Positions 11,558 to 27,438 of a stretch of 32,712 bases of DNA are shown here, piece by piece. Positions within the stretch are counted from its first letter, which is position 1, and each line of letters starts with the position of its first letter. The notes below the pieces were generated by a model, which ran no database searches, was not told where the DNA came from, and was given only the letters and a program-made list of their open reading frames with translations. The stretch is taken from the NCBI GenBank assembly GCA_039808665.1, contig JBDHTO010000002.1:1-32712 (forward strand), given 5' to 3'. Made by a program: the position numbers and the translations under genes. The DNA is from Alphaproteobacteria bacterium. GTDB taxonomy: Bacteria > Pseudomonadota > Alphaproteobacteria > Paracaedibacterales > JAKBAR01.

Positions 11558-11851
11558 CTATACACCTGTGCTCATATCAATTTTTTGACCTTCCACGAGC
11601 GTGATATACGCTTTTTTCACGTCTGAGCGTTGCCCAATACGTCCGCGGAACACTTTCTTTTTGCCCTTGTTTACAAGAGTGTTTACAGCTTTTACTTTTA
11701 CCTTATAGATATGCTCAACAGCCGCTTTAATCTCTGGCTTTGTTGCATCCATAGAGACTTCAAAAGTGTAATGGGCAAATTCTGTCACCATTGTCGCTTT
11801 TTCTGTAATCACAGGCATTCTCAAGATGTCGTAATGCTTTAAGTTTTTCAT
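11558..11851 (-). CDS. rplW: 50S ribosomal protein L23 (uL23)
   Basis: 97 aa, [18 protein letters not shown] overlap with the rplD stop. Confidence 0.94.
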   Translation of the reverse strand: MKNLKHYDILRMPVITEKATMVTEFAHYTFEVSMDATKPEIKAAVEHIYKVKVKAVNTLVNKGKKKVFRGRIGQRSDVKKAYITLVEGQKIDMSTGV

Positions 11852-12468
11852 GCGAGCCTCGCTTCAAGCGCAGATACTGCAGCTTTTGTTAAAAAGAGTG
11901 TTTGCTTTTGCATGATGTCATAAACATTCGCACCAACCTCAAAAAGAAAGTCAACACTATGAATGTTTGAGGACGCGCGGAGGAAATTTTCGTTCACACC
12001 TTGAGTATCAATAAACAACGCATTGTGAAGATCGAACTTCTCAAGAGTTTTTTGAAGAGACTTTGTTTTCGCATCCTTAAGCTCAAGGCTATCCACAACA
12101 AACAACTGATTCGCGGCTAACTTTGAAGAAAGCGCAATTTTCAAACCAAGTTTGCGCACTTTCTTTGGAAGTGAATATCCGTGATCGCGTACGACCGGAC
12201 CAAAAATCACCGCACCACCACGGAACTGAGGACCGCGTTTACTTCCGTGACGCGCACCACCCGTACCTTTTTGGCGATAAATCTTTTTTGTTGAACCTTG
12301 AATATCCCCGATTTCCTTGGAACTATGCGTTCCAGAACGACGTTTTGCAAGTTGCCAGTGAATCACGCGCGATAAAATATCTGCGCGGACCGGCGCTGCG
12401 AAAACAGAAGGATTGAGCTCAACCTCACCTGTTTTCTTCTTGTCCCAATTGACTACATCTATTTTCAT
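11848..12468 (-). CDS. rplD: 50S ribosomal protein L4 (uL4)
   Basis: 206 aa, [25 protein letters not shown]. Confidence 0.96.
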   Translation of the reverse strand: MKIDVVNWDKKKTGEVELNPSVFAAPVRADILSRVIHWQLAKRRSGTHSSKEIGDIQGSTKKIYRQKGTGGARHGSKRGPQFRGGAVIFGPVVRDHGYSLPKKVRKLGLKIALSSKLAANQLFVVDSLELKDAKTKSLQKTLEKFDLHNALFIDTQGVNENFLRASSNIHSVDFLFEVGANVYDIMQKQTLFLTKAAVSALEARLA

Positions 12469-12480
12469 TTTTGATCTCTA

Positions 12481-13125
12481 CTAATTCTTTGTAGGTGATT
12501 TAATAGCATCACGGACATATACGATTCCGCCCTTAGACCCCGGAACTGCACCCTTAATAAAAATAAGGTTACGCTCTGCATCAATGCTGTGCACCGTAAG
12601 ATTCAATTTTGTAACACGGCGCGCACCCATGTGTCCAGCCATTTTCTTGTTCTTGAAGACCTTACCTGGATCCTGACGGTTACCCGTTGAACCATGGCTT
12701 CGGTGAGAAACAGAAACACCGTGTGATGCACGAAGACCACCAAATCCCCAACGCTTCATACCACCTGCAAAACCTTTACCCACAGATGTACCTGTCACAT
12801 CTACAAGTTGGCCTTCAGCAAAATGATCAGCTTTAAGCTCTGCGCCTGCATCCACAAGATTCGCGGAATCAACACGGAACTCACGCACTGTTTTACGTGG
12901 CTCTTGGTTTACCTTCGCGAAATAACCCTTAAGGGGGTTATTAATGCGCTGTGGTTTTGCTTTACGCGCACCAAGCTGCACCGCGGTGTAACCATCTTTT
13001 TCTTCTGTTCTTTGAGAAAGAACAACACAATCCTCAACTTTCAAAACTGTGACGGGAACTTGCACGCCATCTTCTTGAAAGATTTGAGTCATTCCAATTT
13101 TTTCTGCAATGAGACCTGCTCGCAT
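12481..13125 (-). CDS. rplC: 50S ribosomal protein L3 (uL3)
   Basis: 214 aa, [16 protein letters not shown]...[15 protein letters not shown]. Confidence 0.96.
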   Translation of the reverse strand: MRAGLIAEKIGMTQIFQEDGVQVPVTVLKVEDCVVLSQRTEEKDGYTAVQLGARKAKPQRINNPLKGYFAKVNQEPRKTVREFRVDSANLVDAGAELKADHFAEGQLVDVTGTSVGKGFAGGMKRWGFGGLRASHGVSVSHRSHGSTGNRQDPGKVFKNKKMAGHMGARRVTKLNLTVHSIDAERNLIFIKGAVPGSKGGIVYVRDAIKSPTKN

Positions 13126-13136
13126 TGATAGGACTC

Positions 13137-13445
13137 CTAAATTTTAATTTCAACATCAACACCGGCAGCGAGGTCGAGCTTCATCAGCGCATCCACCGTC
13201 TGAGGCTGCCAGTCAATTATATCAATAAGACGCTTATGTGTGCGAATCTCGAATTGCTCACGAGATTTCTTATCGATGTGAGGTGAACGGAGAACCGTAA
13301 AACGCTCAAGTTTAGTCGGCAAAGGTATTGGGCCGCGCACCTGCGCACCTGTACGTTTTGCTGTATTCACAATCTCGCGAACAGATTGATCAAGCAAACG
13401 ATGATCAAACGCCTTGAGACGTATTCTTATATTTTGGTTCTCCAT
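13137..13445 (-). CDS. rpsJ: 30S ribosomal protein S10 (uS10)
   Basis: The ORF track starts at a TTG (13460). The ATG at 13443-13445 gives [21 protein letters not shown], the canonical S10 N-terminus (102 aa). Confidence 0.92.
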   Translation of the reverse strand: MENQNIRIRLKAFDHRLLDQSVREIVNTAKRTGAQVRGPIPLPTKLERFTVLRSPHIDKKSREQFEIRTHKRLIDIIDWQPQTVDALMKLDLAAGVDVEIKI

Positions 13446-13521
13446 ATTCAACTCACTCAATAGATCAAGTTATGTATTATTTAGTCTGTATACTCAGTTT
13501 TCGCAACGATTTTGTTGCAAT

Positions 13522-14712
13522 CTAAGCAATAATTTTTGCAACGACGCCGGCACCGACAGTACGGCCACCTTCACGAATCGCGAAACGAAGTCCTTCATCC
13601 ATCGCAATCGGTGCAATCAGCTCTGCCTTCATCGTGATGTTATCACCAGGCATCACCATCTCAACACCATTTGGAAGCTCAATCGTTCCTGTGACGTCCG
13701 TTGTACGGAAGTAAAATTGTGGACGGTAGTTGCTGAAAAATGGCGTGTGACGACCACCTTCATCTTTTGTCAAAATGTAGCATTCACATTCAAACTTTGT
13801 ATGTGGCGTAATGGACCCTGGCGCTGCCAAAACTTGACCACGCTCAACTTCTTCACGCTTTGTTCCACGAAGAAGCGCACCAATGTTATCACCTGCTTCA
13901 CCTTGATCAAGCAACTTACGGAACATTTCAACGCCTGTCACAACCGTCTTGGATGTTGGATGCAAACCGACAATCTCAACTTCTTCACCAACCTTGACAA
14001 CACCACGCTCTACACGGCCTGTTACAACAGTACCACGTCCAGAGATGGAGAAAACGTCTTCGATCGGCATCAAGAACGGACGATCTTTCGCGCGCTCTGG
14101 CTGTGGAATATAACGGTCTACTTCCGCCATCAATTTCAAAATCGCATCACGGCCAATCGCATCATCACGGCTCTCAAGGGCGCAAAGGGCGGAACCTTTT
14201 ACCACAGGAATATCGTCTCCTGGGAATCCATAAGAGGAGAGAAGCTCACGCACCTCAAGCTCAACCAGATCCAAAAGCTCAGCATCATCCACCATATCCA
14301 CTTTGTTCATAAACACAACCAAAGCTGGAACACCCACCTGACGCGCAAGCAAAATGTGCTCACGTGTTTGGGGCATTGGACCATCTGCTGCAGACACAAC
14401 CAAGATACCTCCGTCCATCTGCGCCGCACCGGTGATCATGTTCTTGACATAGTCCGCGTGTCCTGGGCAGTCAACGTGCGCATAGTGACGATTCGTTGTC
14501 TCATATTCAACGTGCGCTGTCGAAATCGTAATTCCGCGTGCACGCTCTTCCGGCGCTTTGTCAATCTGATCATAGGCCGTAAATGTTGCTCCTCCGCTCT
14601 CCGCCAGCACCTTTGTAATCGCTGCTGTCAAGCTTGTCTTCCCATGGTCCACGTGACCAATCGTTCCTATGTTTACGTGCGGCTTCGTCCGCTCAAACTT
14701 CGCTTTTGACAT
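13522..14712 (-). CDS. tuf: Elongation factor Tu, copy 1 (str-operon copy, TAG stop)
   Basis: 396 aa, [43 protein letters not shown] lies 10 nt upstream of the ATG. Confidence 0.98.
   Translation of the reverse strand: MSKAKFERTKPHVNIGTIGHVDHGKTSLTAAITKVLAESGGATFTAYDQIDKAPEERARGITISTAHVEYETTNRHYAHVDCPGHADYVKNMITGAAQMDGGILVVSAADGPMPQTREHILLARQVGVPALVVFMNKVDMVDDAELLDLVELEVRELLSSYGFPGDDIPVVKGSALCALESRDDAIGRDAILKLMAEVDRYIPQPERAKDRPFLMPIEDVFSISGRGTVVTGRVERGVVKVGEEVEIVGLHPTSKTVVTGVEMFRKLLDQGEAGDNIGALLRGTKREEVERGQVLAAPGSITPHTKFECECYILTKDEGGRHTPFFSNYRPQFYFRTTDVTGTIELPNGVEMVMPGDNITMKAELIAPIAMDEGLRFAIREGGRTVGAGVVAKIIA
13523..14712. repeat. Direct repeat copy A (1190 nt, identical by eye to 29625..30814)
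   Basis: Line-by-line comparison at offset 16102 found no mismatch. Identity stops at the first base beyond the ATG and at the last base of the stop codon. Confidence 0.85.
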
Positions 14713-14744
14713 GTTTTTAAATCCTCAATAATGGTTCTTAATAG

Positions 14745-16820
14745 TTAAGCATTCTTTGCTTTAATCTCGTCCGCAACGTGTTGTGGGACTTGTTCATAGT
14801 GATCAAACTGCATGGTAAATTGTGCACGACCTTGGCTCATGGAACGAAGTGTGTTCACATAACCAAACATTGATGCTAGCGGAACCATAGCATTCACGAC
14901 ACGTGCATTACCACGTTGATCCATACCTGTGATCTGACCACGACGACTGTTCAAGTCACCAATGACGTCACCCATGTAATCTTCTGGCGTCACAACTTCA
15001 ACCTTCATCACAGGCTCAAGAAGTTTTGGACCGCATTTAACAATACCTTCACGGAACGCTGCACGCGCAGCAATTTCGAAAGCAAGAACGCTCGAGTCAA
15101 CATCGTGGTACGCACCGTCTGTCAATGTTGCCTTAAAATCAATCATAGGGAATCCGGCGATAACACCGTTGTCCATCGCGGAGTTCAATCCTTTTTGGAC
15201 ACCTGGAACATATTCCTTCGGAACAGCACCACCCACAATCTTGTTCTCAAACTCAAAACCTTTTCCAGCTTCAAGCGGCTCAAACGTAATTTTAATACGC
15301 GCAAACTGACCCGCACCACCGGATTGCTTTTTGTGTGTGTAATCAATATCAGCTGCTTTTGTGATTGTTTCACGATAAGCAACCTGAGGCGCACCTACGT
15401 TAGCTTCAACCTTAAATTCACGACGCATACGATCAACGATAATCTCAAGGTGAAGCTCACCCATTCCTTTGATAACCGTTTGACCAGATTCAACATCAGA
15501 TGTCACACGGAAAGAAGGATCTTCACTTGCAAGACGGGAGAGAGCAAGTCCCATTTTCTCTTGGTCAGCTTTTGTTTTTGGCTCAACAGCGACCTCAATA
15601 ACGGGCTCTGGAAATTCCATACGCTCCAAAATAACAGGCTTACTTGAATCAGAAAGTGTATCACCTGTCGTTGTCATTTTAAGACCACAGAGAGCCACGA
15701 TATCACCCGCACGCGCTTCTTTAACATCTTCACGTGTATTTGCATGCATCAAAAGCATACGACCAATACGCTCACGCTCATCTTTGGTTGTGTTTTGAAT
15801 ATAGCTACCTGTTTCAAGAACACCTGAGTAAACACGTACGAAGGTCAACGTTCCCACAAAAGGGTCTGTCATAATCTTAAATGCAAGACCTGAAAATGGC
15901 TCTGTGTCATCAGATTTACGGGAAATTTCTGTGGAACCATCCACGGATGTCCCTTTAACCTCAGGAACATCATTCGGCGCAGGAAGGAAAGAAACAACAG
16001 CATCAAGAAGAGGTTGAACACCTTTATTCTTAAACGCACTTCCACAAAGAACAGGAACAAAAAGCTCTTTCAAAACACCTTGACGAATACATTTTTTCAA
16101 TTGCTCAGGTGTTGGATGCTCACCATTAAGATAAGCTTCAAAAATAGCATCATCAGCTTCAACCGCAGTTTCAACAAGCTGGGAATGATATTCCTCTGCC
16201 TTTGCTTTCATGTCTGCAGGAATTTCGACGATGTCAAATTTCGCACCAAGAGATTCATCTCTCCAAACGATCGCATTCATTGCCACGAGGTCCACAAGAC
16301 CAACGAAGTCAGCCTCAGATCCAATAGGAAGCTGAAGAACAAGAGGTTTTGCCCCCAAACGGTCAACAATCATGTCAACACAACGATAAAAATCCGCCCC
16401 CATACGATCCATTTTGTTGACAAAACAAATACGCGGAACGTGATATTTATCAGCCTGACGCCATACGGTCTCGGACTGAGGCTCAACACCCGCCACACCG
16501 TCAAACACAGCAACAGCACCATCAAGAACACGAAGAGAACGCTCTACCTCAATGGTAAAGTCAACGTGCCCCGGAGTATCGATAATGTTAATACGGTGAT
16601 CATCCCAAAAGCATGTTGTCGCCGCGGATGTAATTGTAATACCGCGCTCTTGCTCTTGTTCCATCCAGTCCATGACGGCTGTACCTTCATGAACTTCACC
16701 AATTTTATAAGATTTACCTGTGTAGTAAAGAACGCGCTCTGTTGTCGTTGTTTTACCCGCATCAATGTGCGCCATAATACCGATGTTACGGTAACGATGG
16801 AGTGGAGTTGTACGTGCCAT
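14745..16820 (-). CDS. fusA: Elongation factor G
   Basis: 691 aa, [31 protein letters not shown]. Confidence 0.98.
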   Translation of the reverse strand: MARTTPLHRYRNIGIMAHIDAGKTTTTERVLYYTGKSYKIGEVHEGTAVMDWMEQEQERGITITSAATTCFWDDHRINIIDTPGHVDFTIEVERSLRVLDGAVAVFDGVAGVEPQSETVWRQADKYHVPRICFVNKMDRMGADFYRCVDMIVDRLGAKPLVLQLPIGSEADFVGLVDLVAMNAIVWRDESLGAKFDIVEIPADMKAKAEEYHSQLVETAVEADDAIFEAYLNGEHPTPEQLKKCIRQGVLKELFVPVLCGSAFKNKGVQPLLDAVVSFLPAPNDVPEVKGTSVDGSTEISRKSDDTEPFSGLAFKIMTDPFVGTLTFVRVYSGVLETGSYIQNTTKDERERIGRMLLMHANTREDVKEARAGDIVALCGLKMTTTGDTLSDSSKPVILERMEFPEPVIEVAVEPKTKADQEKMGLALSRLASEDPSFRVTSDVESGQTVIKGMGELHLEIIVDRMRREFKVEANVGAPQVAYRETITKAADIDYTHKKQSGGAGQFARIKITFEPLEAGKGFEFENKIVGGAVPKEYVPGVQKGLNSAMDNGVIAGFPMIDFKATLTDGAYHDVDSSVLAFEIAARAAFREGIVKCGPKLLEPVMKVEVVTPEDYMGDVIGDLNSRRGQITGMDQRGNARVVNAMVPLASMFGYVNTLRSMSQGRAQFTMQFDHYEQVPQHVADEIKAKNA

Positions 16821-16835
16821 TTTTCTAGAAACTCC

Positions 16836-17309
<474 letters not shown>

Positions 17310-17331
17310 TCAAATTCCTCTTTATAACTTC

Positions 17332-17703
17332 TTACTTTGGTCTCTTCGCACCGTATTTGGAGCGAGCTTGCTTACGATCTTTTACACCCTGTGTATCAAG
17401 GGCACCACGGACGATGTGATAACGCACACCGGGCAAGTCCTTTACACGGCCGCCGCGAATCATCACAACAGAGTGCTCTTGAAGGTTATGACCTTCACCA
17501 GGAATATAACCCGTTACCTCAAAACCATTGGTAAGACGAATACGCGCAACCTTACGAAGCGCTGAGTTTGGCTTTTTAGGCGTTGTTGTGAATACACGTG
17601 TACACACACCACGCTTTTGAGGACACGCCTCAAGCGCTGGAACTTTATTACGCACTGGCTTTAGTACGCGAGGTTTACGAATTAACTGACTTACGGTTGG
17701 CAT
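17332..17703 (-). CDS. rpsL: 30S ribosomal protein S12 (uS12)
   Basis: 123 aa, [12 protein letters not shown]...[15 protein letters not shown]. Confidence 0.98.
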   Translation of the reverse strand: MPTVSQLIRKPRVLKPVRNKVPALEACPQKRGVCTRVFTTTPKKPNSALRKVARIRLTNGFEVTGYIPGEGHNLQEHSVVMIRGGRVKDLPGVRYHIVRGALDTQGVKDRKQARSKYGAKRPK

Positions 17704-17765
17704 TAATAAACTGTCCTTTTATACAAATAGTATACATTAAGTAAGTGGAGACTTTTGCTTTTGGC

Positions 17766-17794
17766 ATCCTACGCGCTGCTTGAAAAAAAGTCAA
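17766..17794 (-). promoter_or_regulatory. Candidate sigma70-type promoter for rpsL-rpsG-fusA-tuf
   Basis: On the minus strand: TTGACT (17789-17794), a 17-nt spacer, then TAGGAT (17766-17771). It lies about 60 nt upstream of the rpsL ATG. This is a motif match only. Confidence 0.35.
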
Positions 17795-17832
17795 CGGTAT
17801 TTCAGCTTAAAACAAAAGCTCCACCTTCATTT

Positions 17833-21990
<4,158 letters not shown>

Positions 21991-22014
21991 CTATTCTCCT
22001 TAAAACACCAACGA

Positions 22015-25000
22015 TTAATACTTTTGTTCAAAAGAAACATTAAGACCAAGAGATCTCAATTCCTTCACAAGAACGTTAAAGGACTCAGGAACACCCGCTT
22101 CCATGTTATCATCACCACGCACGATCGACTCGTAAGCCTTTGTACGTCCAGCAACGTCATCGGATTTGATGGTAAGCATTTCTTGAAGTGTAAAGGCAGC
22201 ACCATAAGCTTCGAGCGCCCAAACCTCCATTTCACCAAATCTTTGACCACCAAATTGCGCTTTTCCTCCAAGAGGCTGCTGCGTAACCAAACTGTACGGT
22301 CCGATGGAACGTGCGTGAATCTTATCATCCACAAGATGGTGGAGCTTAAGCATATAAATTTGCCCCACAGTCACAGGACGCTCAAATGCTTCACCTGTGC
22401 GACCATCAACCAGGGTCACCTGACCTGATTTATCAAATCCAGCAAGCGCCAGTTGTGCCGTAATGTCATCTTGATGTGCACCATCGAATACAGGAGTTGC
22501 CAAAGGTACACCACGAGAAATATTTGATGCCAACTCAATGACTTCAACTTCGTTCAAAGCGTCAATATCCTTTTGATCTGACTTCGAAGAGTACACTTCT
22601 TTCAAAGAATCACGTAATCCCTTTTCATCGGTTTTCTTATTTTTAAAAGAATCCAATGAAGCTTGAATCTTAAGACCAAGTCCATAAGCTGCTGCACCCA
22701 AGTGTGTTTCCAAAATCTGCCCCACGTTCATACGTGACGGAACACCCAGCGGGTTGAGAATAATATCAACCGGTGTACCATCTTCAAGATGTGGCATATC
22801 CTCGAGAGGAACGATTCTTGAGACAACACCCTTGTTACCGTGACGTCCTGCCATCTTATCGCCAGGTTGAAGTTTACGCTTCACCGCGATAAAGACTTTT
22901 ACCATCTTAAGAACACCAGGAGAGAGTTCATCACCACGACGAAGTTTATCGACTTTGTTTTCAAATTTTTCTTGGAGTTTTGCAACACTTGCATCGATCT
23001 CACGCTTGAGGTCTTCGACTTCACGCATGACCTTATCATCACCAACAACAAGTTGACGAAGATGTGAGCGTGGCATTTCATCCAGAATTTTCTTTGTAAG
23101 TTTGACACCTGTTTTTACATCTTTTGGTCCAGAAACAAGCTGTTGACCAACAAGTTTTTCTTCAAGTCGTTGGAAGAAACTTCCGTCCAAAATCATGCGT
23201 TCTGCATCACGATCTTTGGCAAGTTTATCAATTTCTTGACGTTCAATCGCAATAGCACGTTCGTCTTTATCCACACCACGACGAGAAAACACACGAACTT
23301 CGACAACCGTACCGCTTACTCCTGGAGGAACGCGCAAAGAGGAGTCTTTAACATCCGCTGCTTTTTCACCAAAAATAGCGCGCAAAAGCTTCTCTTCAGG
23401 CGTCATAGGCACTTCACCTTTTGGTGTAACCTTACCGACGAGAATATCTCCTGCCGCGACTTCAGCACCCACATACACGATACCTGCTTCGTCAAGATGA
23501 CCCAAAGCTTCGTCGCCTACGTTTGGAATATCACGTGTAATTTCTTCGTTGCCGAGTTTTGTATCACGTGCCATGACTTCGAATTCTTCGATATGAATCG
23601 ATGTGAATACGTCGTCCCGTGCAATGCGCTCTGAAATAATAATAGAGTCTTCGAAGTTATAACCTTGCCAAGACATAAACCCAACAAGAACGTTACGTCC
23701 CAAAGCCAACTCACCAAGATCCGTGGATGGACCGTCGGCAATGATATCACCGGCCTTAATCACATCACCCTTTTTCACAAGGATACGCTGGTTGATACAT
23801 GTGCTCATGTTGGAGCGTTGAAACTTCATAAGGTTATAGATATCCACACCAAGTGTAGACTCATCTTTTTCTGTTGCACGAATCACAATATGACGACCGT
23901 CAACCTGATCAACGATACCATCTCGTTTTGCAACAACTGTTGCACCAGAATCTCTCGCGACCACAGGCTCCATACCCGTACCTACAAAAGGTGCTTCTGG
24001 GCGCAGAAGCGGAACCGCCTGACGTTGCATGTTTGATCCCATCAATGCGCGGTTCGCGTCATCGTTTTCAAGGAAAGGAATGAGAGATGCAGCCACAGAA
24101 ACAAGCTGCTTTGGAGAAACGTCAATAAGGCTAATTTCTGTTTTTGGGAAAATACCAAATTCACCAGATTTACGTGCGGTCACAAAGTCTTCAACAATCT
24201 CACCATCTTTAGAAAGAGTGGTACTTGCCTGAGCAATAATGTGACGATTTTCTTCCATGGCTGTGAGGTAGACAACCTCATCTATCGCTTTGCCATTGGC
24301 AACTTTTCGGTAAGGACTTTCGATGAATCCGTATTGGTTCACCTTTGCAAAAGTCGCAAGAGAGTTAATCAAACCAATGTTTGGACCTTCTGGTGTTTCA
24401 ATCGGGCAAATACGTCCATAGTGCGTGGGATGAACGTCACGTACTTCGAATCCTGCACGATCTCTGGAAAGACCACCTGGTCCAAGGGCTGAAAGACGAC
24501 GTTTATGGGTAATTTCTGAAAGTGGGTTTGTCTGATCCATAAATTGGGAAAGCTGAGAGGATCCAAAGAACTCACGTACCGCAGCCGCAACAGGCTTTGC
24601 GTTGATCAAATCATGGGGCATTACGGCATCAATATCAACGGCTGCCATACGCTCACGAATGGAGCGTTCCATCCTGAGCATACCGATACGATATTGATTC
24701 TCCAAAAGCTCACCAACAGAACGTACACGTCGGTTTCCAAGGTTATCGATATCATCGATTTCTCCACGACCATCTTTAAGCTCCAAGAGCACACGAATGA
24801 TGGCAATAATATCGCCTTTATTCAAAACGCGCATGGTATCAGGTGTATCAAGACCAAGGCGTGCATTCATTTTTACGCGACCCACAGCGGAAAGATCGTA
24901 CTTTTCAATATCAAAGAAAAGACCACGATAAAGAAGCTCTGCACCTTCAAGGGTTTGAGGTTCACCAGGACGGAGAATACGGTAAATATCCAAAAGCGCT

Positions 25001-26181
25001 TCTTCACGGTTTTGGTTTTTATCCGCCATCAGTGTATTACGTAAATAAGGTCCCACATTCACGTGATCAATATAAAGAACAGAGAATTCTTTAACTTTGA
25101 GATCATCCAAAATCTTGAGTGTATCTTCTGTAATTTCCTCACCAGCTTCGATAAAAATCTCGCCCGTTTTTGCATCAATGTAATCATGAGCAATGTACTG
25201 ACCAAGAAGATCAGAGGCTTCAACCTTAACCTGCTCCAATCCTTCACTTGCAATTTTCTTTGCAAGTCTTGGTGTCATCTTAGTACCAGCAGATGCAACA
25301 ACTTGACCTGTTTTTGCATCAACTAAATCAGAAAATAATTTGACGTTTTTGTAACGGTCAGCGTTATAGGTTGTTTCCCAGCCCGTCTTATTTTTCTTAT
25401 AGGGTGTCAGCGCATAAAATGCGTGAAGGATTTCCTCACGGCTCATCCCAGAAAGAAGATGACTCGGAGGGAGCTCTCCCTTAAGCTCATATTCTTCACG
25501 AATTTTTGAAGATTCATCTGAATCAAGAGCAAGCAAAAACGTACTTATCGGCATTTTACGACGACGATCAATACGAACACTCAAAAGATCTTTTGGATCA
25601 AATTCAAAATCAAGCCAAGAACCACGATAAGGGACAACACGTGCCGCAAATAGATATTTACCAGAAGAGTGCGTCTTTCCTTTGTCATGATCAAAGAAAA
25701 CACCAGGGCTTCTGTGCATTTGGGAGACGATCACGCGCTCAATACCATTTACGATGAATGTGCCGCGGTCCGTCATAAGAGGCATATCGCCCATGTAAAC
25801 GTCTTGCTCTTTGATGTCGCGGATGGACTTCGCACCTGTGTCTGCATCAATATCCCAAACAACAAGTCGGAAGGTCACCTTCAAAGGCGCAGCGTAGGTC
25901 ATTCCACGCTGACGGCATTCTTCCTCATCATACTTTGGCTCATCGAAATCATAGCGGAAAAATTCAAGCTGAACTTTCCCAGAAAAATCTTTCACAGGGA
26001 AAACGCCCTTGAAAACTTCCATCAGACCGAGATTTTTTCTTTTTTCATGGGCTGTGTCCATTTGTAAGAACGCATCGAATGACGATTTTTGTAGCTCGAT
26101 AAGATTAGGCATAGGAGCTACTTCTCCAATACGTCCGAAACTTTTACGAAAACGCTTGCGGCCTGTGAATGATCTCAGCAT
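22015..26181 (-). CDS. rpoB: DNA-directed RNA polymerase subunit beta
   Basis: 1388 aa, [21 protein letters not shown]..., [32 protein letters not shown]. Confidence 0.98.
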   Translation of the reverse strand: MLRSFTGRKRFRKSFGRIGEVAPMPNLIELQKSSFDAFLQMDTAHEKRKNLGLMEVFKGVFPVKDFSGKVQLEFFRYDFDEPKYDEEECRQRGMTYAAPLKVTFRLVVWDIDADTGAKSIRDIKEQDVYMGDMPLMTDRGTFIVNGIERVIVSQMHRSPGVFFDHDKGKTHSSGKYLFAARVVPYRGSWLDFEFDPKDLLSVRIDRRRKMPISTFLLALDSDESSKIREEYELKGELPPSHLLSGMSREEILHAFYALTPYKKNKTGWETTYNADRYKNVKLFSDLVDAKTGQVVASAGTKMTPRLAKKIASEGLEQVKVEASDLLGQYIAHDYIDAKTGEIFIEAGEEITEDTLKILDDLKVKEFSVLYIDHVNVGPYLRNTLMADKNQNREEALLDIYRILRPGEPQTLEGAELLYRGLFFDIEKYDLSAVGRVKMNARLGLDTPDTMRVLNKGDIIAIIRVLLELKDGRGEIDDIDNLGNRRVRSVGELLENQYRIGMLRMERSIRERMAAVDIDAVMPHDLINAKPVAAAVREFFGSSQLSQFMDQTNPLSEITHKRRLSALGPGGLSRDRAGFEVRDVHPTHYGRICPIETPEGPNIGLINSLATFAKVNQYGFIESPYRKVANGKAIDEVVYLTAMEENRHIIAQASTTLSKDGEIVEDFVTARKSGEFGIFPKTEISLIDVSPKQLVSVAASLIPFLENDDANRALMGSNMQRQAVPLLRPEAPFVGTGMEPVVARDSGATVVAKRDGIVDQVDGRHIVIRATEKDESTLGVDIYNLMKFQRSNMSTCINQRILVKKGDVIKAGDIIADGPSTDLGELALGRNVLVGFMSWQGYNFEDSIIISERIARDDVFTSIHIEEFEVMARDTKLGNEEITRDIPNVGDEALGHLDEAGIVYVGAEVAAGDILVGKVTPKGEVPMTPEEKLLRAIFGEKAADVKDSSLRVPPGVSGTVVEVRVFSRRGVDKDERAIAIERQEIDKLAKDRDAERMILDGSFFQRLEEKLVGQQLVSGPKDVKTGVKLTKKILDEMPRSHLRQLVVGDDKVMREVEDLKREIDASVAKLQEKFENKVDKLRRGDELSPGVLKMVKVFIAVKRKLQPGDKMAGRHGNKGVVSRIVPLEDMPHLEDGTPVDIILNPLGVPSRMNVGQILETHLGAAAYGLGLKIQASLDSFKNKKTDEKGLRDSLKEVYSSKSDQKDIDALNEVEVIELASNISRGVPLATPVFDGAHQDDITAQLALAGFDKSGQVTLVDGRTGEAFERPVTVGQIYMLKLHHLVDDKIHARSIGPYSLVTQQPLGGKAQFGGQRFGEMEVWALEAYGAAFTLQEMLTIKSDDVAGRTKAYESIVRGDDNMEAGVPESFNVLVKELRSLGLNVSFEQKY

Positions 26182-26286
26182 GAACTTCCTCTTTGATGTT
26201 TAACGATTCAAAAATATCTTTGACATTTCCTTGATAAGAGCGACAACACTCTCACAAAGCAAATGTCCGATTAGAAAACGACGATA

Positions 26287-26310
26287 GGGGTTCTGCCGAA
26301 GCAGAACACC
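26287..26310 (-). terminator. UUCG-tetraloop hairpin in the rplL-rpoB spacer (candidate attenuator or processing site)
   Basis: Minus-strand RNA is GGUGUUCUGC-UUCG-GCAGAACCCC, with a perfect 7-bp core at 26290-26296/26301-26307. The only downstream U-run (UUUU) begins 9 nt after the stem, so it is not a canonical strong terminator. Confidence 0.4.
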
Positions 26311-26337
26311 CTGTCAATCATCCGGCAAAGGAAAAGG

Positions 26338-26712
26338 TTATTTAACCTCAACTTTTGCACCAGCTTCTTCGAGAACTTTTTTGATTTTATCAGCTTCGTC
26401 CTTGGATACGCCTGTTTTAACTGGCTTTGGCGCACCTTCAACGAGATCTTTAGCTTCTTTGAGGCCAAGACCTGTGATAGCACGAACTTCTTTAATCGCA
26501 TTGATTTTGTTCGCACCGCCATCCACGAGGACAACGTCAAACTCTGTCTTTGCTTCAGCTTCACCAGCAGCAGGAGCTGCAGCAGCAGCCACTGCAACTG
26601 GAGCAGCAGCGCTTACACCCCATGTTTCTTCAAGTTGCTTCACAAGGTCAGCAGCTTCAAGAATGGTAAGCTTTGAAAGTTCATCAACGATTTTTTGTAG
26701 GTTAGCAGACAT
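26338..26712 (-). CDS. rplL: 50S ribosomal protein L7/L12 (bL12)
   Basis: 124 aa with an Ala-rich hinge and C-terminal [40 protein letters not shown]. Confidence 0.97.
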   Translation of the reverse strand: MSANLQKIVDELSKLTILEAADLVKQLEETWGVSAAAPVAVAAAAAPAAGEAEAKTEFDVVLVDGGANKINAIKEVRAITGLGLKEAKDLVEGAPKPVKTGVSKDEADKIKKVLEEAGAKVEVK

Positions 26713-26766
26713 TTATAACTCCTAATTTTGTTCTATTCTCAATAACAATACACACAAAACGAGATC

Positions 26767-27273
26767 TTACGCTCTTGCTTTTGCGGCAATAACACGTGCA
26801 ACCTGTGCACCTGGCTCGTTGATTGTACGAACCAGCTTTGATGCGGGTGCAAGTATAACTGCAAGCAACTTTGCTCTGAGCTCATCAAGAGATGGCAACT
26901 CAGCAAGCGCTTTGACTCCCGATTGGTTAAGGACCTGCCCATCAAGATATCCACCAACAATTTTGAGCTTGTCATTCTTGTTAGCAAATTTCACGATCGC
27001 CTTGGCCGCAGCAACAGGATCCTTTGAATAAGCCAACGCTGTTGGCCCCTTCAAGAATTGTTGCAATGGTTGCAACGCCGTGTCTTGAACAGCAATGTGT
27101 GCAAGTGTGTTTTTGAGCACCTTAAATTCAGCACTAGCAGCTCTGACTTCGCGGCGAAGTGTTGTCACTTCACCCACGGAAAGACCTGATTGATGTGTTA
27201 CCACAACAAGAGAGCAATCTGTGAGCTTTGCCTTAATTTCAGAGACCAGTCCTTCTTTTTGTGAACGGTCCAT
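26767..27273 (-). CDS. rplJ: 50S ribosomal protein L10 (uL10)
   Basis: 168 aa, located between rplA and rplL. AAGGAG lies 9 nt upstream of the ATG. Confidence 0.95.
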   Translation of the reverse strand: MDRSQKEGLVSEIKAKLTDCSLVVVTHQSGLSVGEVTTLRREVRAASAEFKVLKNTLAHIAVQDTALQPLQQFLKGPTALAYSKDPVAAAKAIVKFANKNDKLKIVGGYLDGQVLNQSGVKALAELPSLDELRAKLLAVILAPASKLVRTINEPGAQVARVIAAKARA

Positions 27274-27438
27274 ATTGACACTCCTTACAGTTCGGTTTTA
27301 ACCAAGCGTCCGGTTTCCCGGACAACTGCCCCAGAAGGAGTCTAAAATTTCCTTCCGTCTCATGCAGGATAAGAAGATAAATCTTCTCAATTAACGCAAA
27401 CGCTACCTGCAATCTTGGACAGCATTTATTATCTCAAC
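27274..27438 (-). promoter_or_regulatory. Structured rplJ 5' leader (candidate L10-L12 autoregulatory leader)
   Basis: 165-nt spacer, the longest in the window. Helices: GUCCGG-GAAA-CCGGAC (27308-27323), GGAAGGA/UCCUUCU (27333-27356), and UGCAGG/CCUGCA (27363-27368/27406-27411) enclosing GAAGAU/AUCUUC. Confidence 0.5.

Noticed and set aside
13446-13460. TTG-initiated 5-codon extension of rpsJ. The analogous TTG extension of rpsQ is at 8768..8791.
   Set aside because: In each gene the first in-frame ATG downstream of that TTG reproduces the conserved N-terminus ([28 protein letters not shown]).
13414-14709. A 431-aa ORF on the + strand, antisense to tuf copy 1. Its twin is at 29819..30811, antisense to copy 2.
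   Set aside because: It is a shadow ORF lying wholly opposite a highly conserved gene. Its composition is Cys/Arg/Thr/Asn-rich and non-protein-like. It is a known artefact of strong codon bias removing stops from the antisense frame.
14728-14736. The 9-nt motif ATAATGGTT occurs upstream of tuf copy 1 and again at 30813..30821 near copy 2.
   Set aside because: The two occurrences are at non-equivalent positions, and the copy 2 occurrence overlaps the start codon. It is most likely coincidence in AT-rich sequence.
24469-24564. Checked the rpoB rifampicin-resistance cluster I, and rpsL codon 43 (17575..17577) and the [10 protein letters not shown] region, for resistance substitutions.
   Set aside because: The canonical hot-spot residues (rpoB Asp516, His526 and Ser531 equivalents; rpsL Lys43 and Lys88 equivalents) are wild type. 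The N-to-T and I-to-L differences from E. coli look like lineage variation.
26271-26597. Same-strand, out-of-frame nested ORFs, for example 26271..26597 and 26739..26987 in rplL/rplJ, 531..797 in rpoA, 5343..5528 in rpsE, and 22065..22334 in rpoB.
   Set aside because: They are alternative frames of recognised genes. Nothing in the sequence, such as slippery sites or conserved starts, suggests dual coding.
26548-26610. GCN-rich microrepeat (gcagcagcagcc...) on the DNA.
   Set aside because: It encodes the Ala-rich flexible hinge of L7/L12. This is an expected low-complexity coding sequence, not a structural repeat.
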